A stretch of 64,000 bases of DNA from Camelus dromedarius. Its lineage: Eukaryota. The translations under genes were made by a program, and so were the position numbers. The stretch is taken from contig NC_087437.1 of assembly GCF_036321535.1 (NCBI RefSeq), forward strand, positions 104,038,001 to 104,102,000. The letters are read 5' to 3'. How positions within the stretch are numbered: the first letter of the stretch is position 1; each line of letters starts with the position of its first letter. Positions 1-12,155 of the stretch are shown here, one piece after another. The notes beneath the pieces are model-generated. The model saw only the letters and a list, made by a program, of their open reading frames with translations. It searched no databases and had not been told where the DNA came from.

Positions 1-1105
1 CAAATAGGACCTAAACAAACATATACTCTTCTGCACAGCAGAGGAAATCATAAACAAAATGAAAAGACAACCTACTGAATAGGAGAAAGTATTTGCCAAC
101 TATGTGACCAACAGGCGATCATATTCCAAAATATACAAACAGCTCCTACAACTCTTTATTTAAAAAAAGCATTAAAAAAAATTGGTGAAAGACTTGAATA
201 GACATTTTTCCAAAGAAGGTATTCAAAAGCTAACAGGCGCATGAGAAGTTGCTCAACTTTGCTACTTAGAGAAATGCAAATCAAAACCACAATGCAGTAT
301 CACCTCACACCAGTCAGAATGGCCATCTTCAAAAAATCTACAAATAATAAGTGCTGGAGAGGGTGTGGAGAAAAGCAAACCCTAATACATTGTTGGTGCA
401 AGCCAGTATGGAAAACAGTACGGAGATTCCTTAAAAAAACTAAAAATTGAACTACTTGCAATAGGTCCTGCAGTTCCACTCTTGGGTATATATACATAAA
501 AATGAAAACTCCAATTGAAAAAGATATATGAACCCCAATGTTCATAGCAGCACTATTTACAATAGCCAAGATATGGAAACTATTCAAGTGCCCATCACCA
601 GATGATTGGCACCAGATCTTAGGAAGGTATTTTTTTACACACACACTATAACTGGTAAAGGAGATATATATAATATAATGGAGTATTACTCAGCCATAAA
701 GAATGAGATATTGCCATTTACAGCACGATGGAAGCATCTAGAGAATATTATGCTTAGTGAAATAAGTCAGACAAAGACAAATACTTTATGGTATCACATA
801 TATAGAAAGTTAAAAAAAATACAAATGAATCCATATTAAGAGACTCAGACACAGAAAACAAACATGTTTACTAAAGGGGAGAGGGAAGTGGGGAGGGACA
901 ATTAGGGGTATAGACTGAACATATACAAACTACTATACATAAAATAGTTAAGCAGCAAGGAATTTCTGGATAGCACAGGGAATTATACCAAATATCTTGT
1001 AATAACCTATAATGGAATATAATCTGCACATAAAAAAGATGAATCACTATGCTATATACTTGAAACCAATACCATATTGTAGATCAGCTATATTTCAATT
1101 AGAAT
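1..1105 (+). mobile_element. LINE-1 3' portion (decayed ORF2 C-terminus plus 3' UTR), running off the window start
   Basis: ORF 241-450 encodes [19 protein letters not shown]...[15 protein letters not shown] (L1 ORF2 cysteine-rich C-terminus). ORF 606-839 encodes [14 protein letters not shown]...LENIMLSEISQ. A G-rich tract and an artiodactyl-type 3' UTR (agcacagggaattatacc...cttgaaac) follow. Frameshifts are present. Confidence 0.95.
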
Positions 1106-1544
1106 AAATTGGGTAACTTTTTCATATCTAAAATTAACTGGAGGCTTTGCTTTAAATAGGATTAACTATGGATACAGGGAGAAGAGAGCATGCTTGAAAG
1201 CGATGCTAGAATAAGAGTACTTTTTTAGTTTATACCCCATCAAGATCAGTCGAAGTGCCAAACCACTTAAATATGTCCAACACATGCTCATTAACTATAG
1301 TAAACTATATATGCAACATGCAGACAAGTCTACTGAAGCATGGAAATAGGAATAACTGGACAGTGTGCATCTAGATGTAACTAAAATATATTGAAATATG
1401 TTTAAGTTGATGTATGTAATCTATAACATAAGCTGAACAAAAATGATTATTAAAAATAAGGCTGAAAGTACAAGTTGTGGAAATATTTTATGTGGGTGAG
1501 ATTAAAAAAAAATAGGTTTCTTAAATGCAGTAATAAGGAGTGTC

Positions 1545-1790
1545 TCCAGTGTAATGGTATTTGGAGGTGAGGTCTTTGGGCAAGTGATGAGGTCATGACA
1601 GTGGAGCCCTTAGAAAAGGGGCCGCAGAGAGTCCCATGCTCTTTTCTCCATGGGAGGACTGTGAGAAGGCTGTCCATGAATCAGGGACCAGGTTCTGACC
1701 AGACACTGAATCTGCCAGCGCCTTGATCTTGGACGTCCTAGCCTGCAGAACTGTGAGAAATTTCTACTGTGTTTGTAAGTCACCCGAGCT
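1545..1790 (+). mobile_element. ERVL-MaLR LTR fragment (MLT1A-like)
   Basis: Diagnostic motifs gtaatggtatttggaggtgaggtctttggg, gacactgaatctgccagcgccttgatcttggac and cagaactgtgagaaat. Confidence 0.85.
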
Positions 1791-2071
1791 TCTTTGATTA
1801 TCTCATCCTTTATTCACAATTGTATGCTGGGTCTATTGTGGGAGACGGCAGGAAGGTTGAATAAGTTCTCTTGTACTTTACAGGTATTTATATCTGAAAC
1901 AGTCTCTAAGAAGCTACATCCAAGGGTTTCATCCTCATCTGGACCTAATTTAGATGATGAGATCCAGATCTTCTAGCCAAAATCAGCATTACAATAAGAT
2001 GAAACTTTGGGGATCTTGGAAAAACGTGAGTTTGCATGTCATTGCAATGTACAAAGGTTTTAGAAGATGAA

Positions 2072-2505
2072 TTACAGGGGACTTAAAACGACAATAAAAT
2101 ATCTGCCACTCCTCTTCAGAGAAGTAAGAGTTTCTTTTCCTTTTTCTTGAATCTTGGCTGACCTTGTGATACGTTAGTTCACTGCCAGTTCTGGATCGGG
2201 GTTTTAAGAGTCCTAGCAGTTGGTTTTCACCTTGGACATGCGATTTACCTGTGAGAAGTGTTGCCTTTCCTGGGGAAGAGGACAGAAGCAGAGGGCGACC
2301 TGGTGACCCAGGAGGCAGCAAATAGACCAATATGCCACCTTGGATTTCAGGTCTGAGTCATGCGTGCAGATGACTGACCACGTGGTGACCCAAGCTCAGA
2401 CTAGCAGAGTAATCTCCTTACTGGAACCCAGCCCAGAGGGCAGAATTGTGAGCAAATAAATGGTTGGTTTTTTAAGCCACTTTATTTGGGGGTTTTTACA
2501 CATCC
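2072..2505 (+). mobile_element. ERVL-MaLR LTR (older MLT1F/G-like)
   Basis: cttgaatcttggctgaccttgtga near the start; cagaattgtgagcaaataaatggttggttttttaagccact...ttgggggt at the 3' end. Confidence 0.7.
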
Positions 2506-5159
2506 TTTTAACTGTCTTTTGACAATGTAAACACTGCCTCTGCAGAGACACGAAGGACTTCAGGCCCTGGACCTTCAAGTTTAATCACAAAAGCTTTGGG
2601 GTGGCTTGTCCTCTGAAGTTTCTTCCTCACCTTTCTTAGGTTTCCAAACTGATTGTCTTAAGGTATGAATTTACTTCAAAAGTTTTTCTTTCATTGTTTT
2701 CACAAATAGATAAAATAAATACTAACAAGATAAGGTAATTTGTGTGTCTACCTGATAGAGATGGATATTTATTGTAGCATCTTAGTAAATCTGAACAAAA
2801 AGCAGACACTATTGCTTCAAAAATCCCCCTGGCCAATGCTTAAGTGTATCAAAGTCATGTTTTATTCTGTCAAAGAGCTGACTTTTTTCTTTTTACTTGT
2901 TTTATATAATATACAGATATAAATAAATACAAACATTAAATAAATAGCATACGTACATACTGGCAAATCTCTTTAGAGCATGTACTTAACCTCCTTTAAG
3001 AGCGCTCAAGCTAAGGTAAGAGTAGGGCTATTATTGTGATTTTAACTAGGATTTTAGTCAATCTTGTCAAGTTTCCTCACATTGGGGACCACCTACCTGC
3101 TTAAGTTAAAGGTGATCTGTCTATAAGTCAACTGTAAATTCAGTCTTGTGATTTTTAGTTTCAACTCAGATTTTATAGATTTTTTTAATTGTAACTTTAA
3201 GGTATTTTGAGTTTCATGGAAAAATATTACAAAGGTATGATAGGAGTCCCTTAGCCGGGCCAACACAGGTGGGCTCCTGTTCAGAGTGGTGAAACTGTGT
3301 AATGAAGGGGGCCCATCCAATGACCAAGTGTGCAATTTGCTAGGGCATACCCCACAGTTTTAGTATAAGCACACAGCATTTCTTCCCAGCACATGTTTCT
3401 TCTAAGTTCAAAACGACTGGATACTAGAGAGGAATTCAGACTATTTCAATGAAGCCCAGTCCATGTTTGAACTGGCAGAAGCTGGGCTATGATGGCACTG
3501 TGAGGGCTAACTGTGAACTTACCTAATTCCTTTCTGCATGTTGGTCTTTACTCAGGGTCCAGGAGGAAAACACACTGAGAGAATCAGCCACGGTAACAAC
3601 CTAACTCCTGCAGAACATTAAGTCTATCTATGATTTTATTCTCAAGAGATAGAATTTCTTTTGAGGAGAGCTGGCAGGGCTGGCCCCTGGGATCCTATTA
3701 GAGGACTCAGGAGACTACTGCAGTCGACAAACAACTTTACAAGTTCCCAAGAGAGGTGTTACAACTCAACTCTCATCTGTAACTCACTCAAACTGAATTG
3801 TTCTGTACTCTCAAGAATCCCTAAGCAGACCGTGCTGGGTTTTGTTTTGTTTTGTTTTGTTTTTACCTCCTTAATTGATGCAAGGTAAAGTTCTTATTCA
3901 CTCTATCAGAAATGAGAATAATTTTTCCCTTTCTGATTTCCTGATTATCTTTAATCTATATGGAGAAAATAAAAGTTGACTTTTTGGCCCCTTAAACTTT
4001 TCCTATATTCCTTTTTCCACTCTATGTTACACTGTAGTGGGAAAAGTCAATTTATAATGAATTCAGGCTAGCAAAAATCATGCTTAAAATGTTTCCTTAT
4101 GTTAGTGTTTGTGAAATGTATAGTCATCAGTCCATGCACGCATAGCCCCTATGTTGAGAAACAGGTGGCAAGATACCAAGTTGTGGAAAAAACCGATCTG
4201 CTTTGCACCTTCACTTTATCACCAGCAGGGGGAGGTAATGGAGATAAAGTTTGTAAAAATTGGAGGAAAACTTCAGAAATTATACATACATATAAACAGC
4301 TAGCTAGGCTTAAAAATACTTCAGGTTATGTGCTTTTAAAAGGGGGCATGAAATTTCAAAAAATTAAACGTATATGATGGAGGATAAGCCAGGATAAAGT
4401 AATATTCTGATAATCATGTATTATTCCTGTAAATCTTTATGACATATTTTATAAACTATCAGGGCTTATAGGTCATATGCTTGCATTCCAAACATATAAA
4501 TATTTATTTCATCATTTCTTAAATAATAAGCGGAGTCAGATTTAAATTTTCCTCGGATCTTTGCTTCAGCCTGTTTTGGTAGCTAATAAATCTGTGAATG
4601 TTTGTTGTTTGTCCAGTTTGCTTGCTTTTACATCAGTGTGTCACCAATAATCATCTACTTTCCATTTATAAGTAAAAATATAATTGCTCAGGATCCAGGG
4701 AGTGTTGGAAAAGCTGATTTGAATTAATCATCCCAGATAAGAGTGGCCATCATCAAAATTTTAGGAGGAGGAGTAAATATTGTAAGGCAAAAATATGATT
4801 AAATCTTTCATGGGATTTGAAGAAAGTAAACATTCTCTAAATTATTTTGTGTTATGTACATATTTACAACTTCAAAAGTGACTGTTAATGTAATCATAAA
4901 CTCTGGTAAGAGTAGAAATATTACAAACACCTTTCAAACCAATGACAAACTTATTAATTTGACAAAATACAGATCATTTCATTTAGCCATAAATGAAAAA
5001 GTTCACAGGAAAAAAAAGAATAAACCAGTGAATATATACATAGATGAGAGGAATTATTTCAATTATCTAAATATAAGAATAATATATTCAACTCTCCCAC
5101 CCTGATAAGAGATTTATGTGTTCAATGTCTGACAGGAAGTGCAAAATTCACCTGCTGGC

Positions 5160-5278
5160 AGTCCATTTTTGCGCAGAACCATACTAATTGGAACTTGGGC
5201 ATATTGGAACTGTATCTTCCAGATATGCCCAAGTTTCAGTTGACATGGTTCTATGCAACGTTAAGGAATGCTTGTGTA
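5160..5278. mobile_element. Palindromic MITE-like element, probably Tc1/mariner (Tigger)-derived
   Basis: Imperfect inverted repeat of about 40 bp (arms 5170-5209 and 5217-5257) around a 7-nt spacer. Confidence 0.55.
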
Positions 5279-6082
5279 TTTTCTTTAAATATAAGCCACT
5301 GAAGAAAAAAAGACACATGAATTTTTAAATTAATATATACCTTGTAAATACTTAGGTACCAATATTAACTAACTAAAACGAAAACAAAGATAGCAATACT
5401 AATGCCATCTAAAATAGTATTTTGACCAAATGTCAAAAGCAAATGGTTTAGAGCCATTAGACTATAGCATTTATTTGGTAAACACTATAGCAAGTAAATA
5501 AGCAAAGCTTAAGATAAGCTAGGGAGAATTGGCAGATACACTACCATTTGGTCTTTGTCATACAATTTAAATTAACCAATAATTATATACAGAAACTGAA
5601 TGATATCAGGAAGTTTGATTTAAGTGCTATCAGTAAAAATCTATAGAGACAAAGTGCATTATCAGTTAATAAGAAAAAAACCTCAACTAAATTGTCATGT
5701 GAAAGACTCTTTATAACTTTTAACAAACTATAGAAATGATCCCTGAAAGTACAGTCTTTCTTTATAGCTTTTAAAATCAAGAAAATCAAACCATACAGGA
5801 GTTGACTGATCAAGTTACAGTATTATAAAAGGCAAAACAAGTTGATAAAGTTTTAAGCAACAAAAAATGTGAATAAATATGAAATAGCATAAAACAAGAT
5901 TAGTCAAAATTATATTAAAGAGGAAAATAATTCTTCAAAGCCTCTGCAAGTTCTAAGCTTGTACACTTAGCAGAACTAAAAATCAGAGTTAAAATGCATT
6001 GGATATCTTAAAATCTCAGAATGTAAAGAAAATAGACATCTTAAGTAGTTAAAAATAAGTAGTAGAAATAACCATATTAATT

Positions 6083-6435
6083 TAGGGGTTCCCCACCCTC
6101 TGTCGCAAAATTCATATGTTGAAACCAACCCCCAATGTAATGGTGTTCGGAGGCGCAGCCTTTGGGAAGTGATTAGGTCATGATGGTGGAGCCCTCATGA
6201 AAAGCATCAGTGTCCTAAATGAAAGAGACCCAGAGAGAGCTCATGTATCACCCGCGGATACAGAGAAAAGACAGCTGTCTATGAACTAGGAAGTAGGTCC
6301 TTATGAGACACTGAATGTGCAGGTGCCTTGATCTTGGACTTGCCAGCCTCCAGAACTAAGAGAAAGGATTTCCTGTTGTTTATAAGCCACCCAGTCTGTG
6401 GTATTTTGCCACAGCAGCCCAAATGGACTAAAACA
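6083..6435 (+). mobile_element. ERVL-MaLR solo LTR (MLT1A0-like), near full length
   Basis: aaattcatatgttgaaacc...cccccaatgtaatggtg...cctttgggaagtgattaggtcatga...gccttgatcttggacttgccagcctccagaact...tataagccacccagtctgtggtattttg...ctaaaaca. Confidence 0.9.
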
Positions 6436-7562
6436 TCCCCATCCCTGCCTCTGAAGTAGTGACGGCAATCTTGAAGCATAAGAATGGAAAAGGCAGGCTG
6501 AAGTCTTTAGCTTATCTTTGTGGCAGGGCTGAATATATATAAATGGGACTCTCCCATTCAAAAGCTTTTAAAATGACTTTTCTACTACTTGGAGTCAGAA
6601 AGAAGTAGGCTTTACAAATCCTTTTCATCAAGTTTTTGACATTGTCATTTTTTTTATTATTACAAAAAGCCAATTCTCTCCTACTCTTTGGATTCTGGAA
6701 ACAACAGATACTTGAAGCCTGAAAAATATGGAAAGCACCTTGACATGCTCTATTGTCTGTCCTTTCAGTTTGCAAATAAACCATTTCTTACTGTCAGCTC
6801 ATCGCTTTCTACTTTAATTAAAAGCCACCAGTAAGAATCTATCCACATTTCCAATATTCTGTTTTCCAACCGCATTCTCCAGTCTGCCAACTCAATAAAC
6901 CTTAGTTGAATACCAAAAGGAGTAATTTTACCAAGTTCTTTGCTACTGCATAGCATGGATCTATTAAGATTCATATATTCATATTCTGACAGGAAACACA
7001 GATCTCTGGACTGGAGAACAGACCATTTACAGAGCATCATGTATTGGTTTCCCAGGCACATTTCTCCACAGGGTGATGTGATGGGGGTCAGATGTACCCC
7101 TGGGTATGCAGCAATGTTGCACAATAGGAGAGCAACCCCCAAATTATGAGACCCAGTTCTTACACAGAGGTGCTAGCACAGCTGTTCATCTTCCCTTCTG
7201 TTAATAGTGAACTTATTCTTCTTACTTTCCAGAGTAAAAGATAAGAAAAATTCAGAGAGGAAAAAAAAAGGCATCTATGGATTTATTATCCTGAAATGTG
7301 AGCTAATGTCTCCAAGGGGAGAGGTTGAGAGCAGGACAGCCAAGGCATAAATATTCTCTGTATTTATTATAGTTTGTCTATTTCCTTTACTCAGAAGGCT
7401 CAGGCAATGGAGAAACATTGAGGAACCCAGGGAGAATTGTCTCCCATAAAGTTCTCCATCTTTCCAATATCTTCCATCACCTTCCTCACTGACCACCATT
7501 TCTGACTTCTAAAAACGAAGCCTTGAATCTCACATTTTATTTATGGCAATGATCAACTTCAA

Positions 7563-7950
7563 TGTATCATTTTCTATTAGTTAAGGGAATTATAGCAATT
7601 TTAACAAAGAAAGCAAGGAAAACCCGCAGCTCAACATAAATTTACTTCTTGTTCAGACAAATTCAAAATAGGAACAGGGAGGGCAGTGCCTCAATTCCAT
7701 GATGTCTTCAGGTGTCCAACAAGATGACAGAGTCTGTCATCTTCAACACAAGGTTTCCAAGATTTTCATGGATATCAACACATGGCAGGGTACTGGGGGG
7801 AAACCAAGCATTGTTTATGGGAGAATATTTGGTCTGGGCATGGAAACATACACAAGATATCTGCACACGTACACTGAACAGAAGTAAACTACATTACTAT
7901 ACCTAACTGCAAACTTGGAAAATGTTTGAGAATAAGAGGTGGGTTTGCTT
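7563..7950 (-). mobile_element. Old MaLR LTR (MLT1J/K-like), highly diverged
   Basis: Motif order aaatttacttctt...cttcaacacaaggtttccaag...cctaactgcaaacttggaaaatgt resembles minus-strand MLT1J/K. Confidence 0.5.
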
Positions 7951-8929
7951 AACATCCAGCCAATCTCTGCTGTATTCTCTCTCTGCTTCCGTATTTGCCG
8001 TACTTTAAGTCTACTGTCAACATTTGTCACCAAGAACACAAGACCAGACTGCCCAGTGGGTGATTTCAGATACCCTTAAGATCTATTTTTTTTTTTTAAC
8101 TTCCAATTGAGTCAGTTTCATCAAATAAAGTTCTTGACAGATGAAGATACTGTTACATTTCTCTATAAAATTAAGCATTCTAATGGATTGTTTCTAGTCT
8201 CCTAATATAATTGCTCTCTCATAAAGCTCTGGTTTTCCCTGGGAAAACATCAGGCTACTTTAAAAAAAAACTTTAATGCTTTTCTGTAAGGTTTGAAATA
8301 CTTTGTACAGTATTGAATTTTTTTTTCTTTCAATGACATTTCAAGTTAACACTTAACGATAAAATGTGCTTAAATGTACAAAAGCACATTTTTAAACCCT
8401 AGGTACCTCTATTAACATATATTTTTAAGAACAAAGAAAAGCAGTCACACGTACAGATAGCCCTAGTTTCTCAGCCAGTGAAGATCTTATAATGCATATA
8501 GAATCCACCTATTTTTAACATTTCCAATACTGTTATTGGAAGACTTAACATTGTTCAGGTCATTAACTCTTGTATTGTTTGAACAAATGAATTCAGGAAT
8601 GAATGAAAGGCAGCCTGGTGTCTGCACAGGAAGCTTATCTAAGTTGGTGGCATGGTCATCCTGGGCTTGGGTGGATAGTACAGAAAAGTAGTTTGTTTCA
8701 AGGATGCTGCCCAGTTCAGCCTAGATGTGCAGTCTGGACAGACACAGGCAGCTCCGTCAGTCATACACCAGCTTCTCTACTCTGCTTTCTAAGGGTCCAA
8801 AACAATTTAGTAGAAAATAGGAAAAAAAAGTTAAAGGCTACTAAATATTTTTTTTCTAATTACAAAACAGTGCCTTCATTCTTTAGTGGAAGTACACAAA
8901 TGTTTACTTAAATTGTTTAAAAAATGCTT

Positions 8930-9070
8930 CATAGCACAGGGAACTGTATTTAATAGCTTTTAAAAACCTATGATGAAAAAGAATATGAAAAAATACATGT
9001 ATAGCTGAATCACTAGGCTATATCCCAGAAACTAACACAACATTGTTAGTCAATGATACTTCAATAAAAA
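8930..9070 (+). mobile_element. Short 5'-truncated L1 3' UTR tail
   Basis: atagcacaggggaactgtatt...gctgaatcact...ccagaaactaacacaacattg...tacttcaataaaaa; same family of tail as 970-1100. Confidence 0.85.
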
Positions 9071-9074
9071 TAGT

Positions 9075-9355
9075 AATACACATGACACCCAAATAAAATG
9101 TGGTATTCTGGATAGGCTCCTGAAACAAAGGACATTAGACAAAAACTAAGGAGTTCTTTTTTTCTGAATAAAATACATACTTTAGTTAGTGATGCATAAA
9201 TATTGGTTTATAGAATCATGAATATTAGTTTATTAATTGTACCAAGTATACCATACTAATATGTCAATAATACGAGAAACAAAGTAAAATATATGGCAAC
9301 TTTGTTATCTTCTCAATTTCAGTAAATTTTAAAATGCTCTAAAAGTAAAGTTATA
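9075..9355 (+). mobile_element. Ancient L1 3' UTR (L1MC-like)
   Basis: aaatgtggtattctggataggctcctgaaacaaaggacattag...ttaattgtaccaagtataccatactaatatg...ctctaaaagtaaagtt. Confidence 0.75.
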
Positions 9356-10159
9356 AATATATGAAATTATACACAAATTATTACACACAGTTGATAAACA
9401 CTTGCCTGTGAATCTAACATTTGGCCAAGTGTTGCACAGCAAAATGTTAAAATATTATGATCATGACTGATAATGACAATACTTAGGAAGGTCATCGTCG
9501 TCATCAGTGTCACGACAGAAGACAGTAAAGCTAACGGCAGGTCACGTCTGAGAAGTCCACTGAAGGAGAAAGTTGTCAGTGCTGACTGACTAGTGATACC
9601 TGCTACACATTCTTCCAGTAAAAGAACTTGAGTAACACTCTGGTACTTCCCACTAAGAATTACTTGCTGTTTCAAATAGAGTCCTGATTGATAAAGACAA
9701 TATCCATGAAATTTCTATATGAGAAAAACTCACAGCATGTTTTTCCTCAGTCATAAGAACAACAGCTAGTTAAAAGTACAGGAGCAAAACATCTTAGGCA
9801 CGTGCATAACAATATCGAGGGGAAAATCCTGTTAGCAATCCGTGTCCCACGGCCTGCCTGGACTCATGTGAAGAAGCTGATACAAATATATGTAGCAGAT
9901 GGGGAAGGTGTGAGATGGCAGAATACGAATACAGTTACAAACATGGATGTCCTCGACATAAAGATGGGAAAGAAAACTGCAAACCTTTACCATGGAATGC
10001 CTGGTTTCCTCATTTAACTGATCACTTCCTAGTCCACCCCAAGTCTTGGCAGTTTGCTTGTATTATAGCTGCTTAGGTGAAACAAGTCTATAAATTAATG
10101 TCTATCAAGCACCTTATTTTAAAATGTATATTATAGGAAAGTCACAGTGGGAATGGCCA

Positions 10160-10615
10160 TCTTAGGAACTGTTTAGGTTTCTACTTTACCCTCTGGCATC
10201 AAGCTCTGTAATTCACATTCTGAGCTTCTCCCAGAGCTCACTTACCCCAGCATCTCTGTGGCTAGTTCCCATTCATGCCAAGGAGTTCCTATCTCAAGCA
10301 CCTAAATTTCTTTCTGAAGGTGTCTTTGGTCCAGAAGGACAGACAAATTTGGAGGGGGGATGTTAACACCCTCTGTAGCCACCTTCAAAAATGAGAGAGA
10401 GAGAAGTCGGAGAATAAATACCCCAGCAACGCTGAGCCTCAGCTGCCCATGGCAATTAGCCAGGTAGGTTCACGAGTAACCCACTCATTAACTAAAACTT
10501 GTTCTCCTCCTTTCCTGTCCATCAGTCTCTCATTAGTTCTTCCTATTATATGACCTAACTAACTGAACCATAATCCTTGCTTCAGGACCTATTCCTTGCA
10601 GAACACGAATGCAGA
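10160..10615 (+). mobile_element. ERVL LTR (LTR16-like)
   Basis: gatgttaacaccc...gaataaataccccagc...aacccactcattaac...aatccttgcttcagg motif series. Confidence 0.6.
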
Positions 10616-11919
10616 AACGTCTTTACTCTTTAAACGGGATAAGAAGTTTAAGACTTTTAGAAATCACTGCTATGTATGCTACAATTCTGAACACGAAAAT
10701 ATAAGAATCATCTATCAGGAAAAATAAATCAATATAAAAAACTATTGACTTGACAAAAAAAGCTAGATATATTAATTCTGATTTCAAAGAGTATTTAAAT
10801 TGGTCTGTCTTTCACATACACTAATTCTCCAAATTTATTCTCTTATTGTTTGTTTAAAACAATGAATTATTCAAGATACATGAAGACAAAAAAGAAGGTT
10901 TTATAAGGATATTTCACTTTTCTCCATCCTTGAACAGAGGGGAAAATGCACAAATATACATTAAATTCAAATGCTAATGCAGTTCCAGTCATTTACCCAT
11001 AGGAAAGCATATTTTATGCAAACAAAGGATGCATTTCTATTGATTATATCTTATTTGAAAGGTTACATGAAAAATAACCAGAAGTTATAGTAATCATTAT
11101 TATAGATTTCTACCTTTCTCTATTAACAGTGATAATGATTATTCCCTCTATAAAATGTTTTTACATTTACCACCCACAGTTCAGTTTATATTAGATGTTT
11201 AGTATTTGTAACATGAACAAAATGATCATAGGATAACTTACTTTACTGGAGGAACAGTGGAAGGTACAAAGTTAGGTTAGAAATAAAAGGAGAAGTAACT
11301 TTCAGTGAAGATGAACACTTTCACAAAGTTTCTGGAAAATGATACATTTAGGAAGAGAAATATGCTGAAATTCAACAGATTTCTTATTGCTTTGTCCAAA
11401 GGAAGCATAAGAGCCCAAACACCAAGTATAACAAAGCAAAGCTGGGGCACAGACGGCAGTCATTCATGACGCCAAGGACAACATAGAAAACGGTGTCTAA
11501 CTATCAGCTGAGCAAGGAGTGGCTTAGTAATGTCTAAGATCTCATGAGTTATTTATGGGAGAAATGAGGACAAAGAAATGGTAACCTCTGATCTCACTGA
11601 ATTTTGTGGTGGTCAATACAGATAATAAAAATGTTTGCTCCTATTTGCTTCTTATTAGTAAATGTGGCACTGGTTTCAATAACATCTATGATTCATGCAG
11701 AGCCTGATTTGATAATTCAGTTTTTGTGTTTGGTCATGTTCTAGCCTTAACAGTTTTTGTTCTGTTCTAGGAGCATAGGATACTTACTTGGGACCTCTTA
11801 ATTCTTGGTTTAAATGGACCATCTTTTTATTATTTGCTGATATAAAGATCTTTGGGTGCCAAAAAATATCTAGATATTCTTCTAGGTAAATTTTAAATAC
11901 CATGATGTTATAAATTGAA

Positions 11920-12155
11920 TGACTAAGATAATAAACATGTAAAATAATGCACTCTGAGTAATGAGAGAGCAGGAAGTGATGGACAGGTCAAGAAAGTACT
12001 CTCTGTAAAGTAGGTATTTGGCTAAATTTCTAAGTAGATTAAATAAGTAAGCAATGTATCTTTCTAGCAATAGAGTACTAGGCAGACAGAAGAGAATTCG
12101 TCAACTGAGGTAGAAATTAGTTTGTTGTATGTGTTGGAGAAATAAGAATGCTAGG
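11920..12155 (-). mobile_element. LINE-2 fragment (left part, interrupted by the ERVL insertion)
   Basis: Purine-rich L2-type motifs ggtcaagaaagtactctctgtaaagtaggtatttggct...ctaggcagacagaagag...tttgttgtatgtgttggagaaataagaatgc. Confidence 0.55.
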
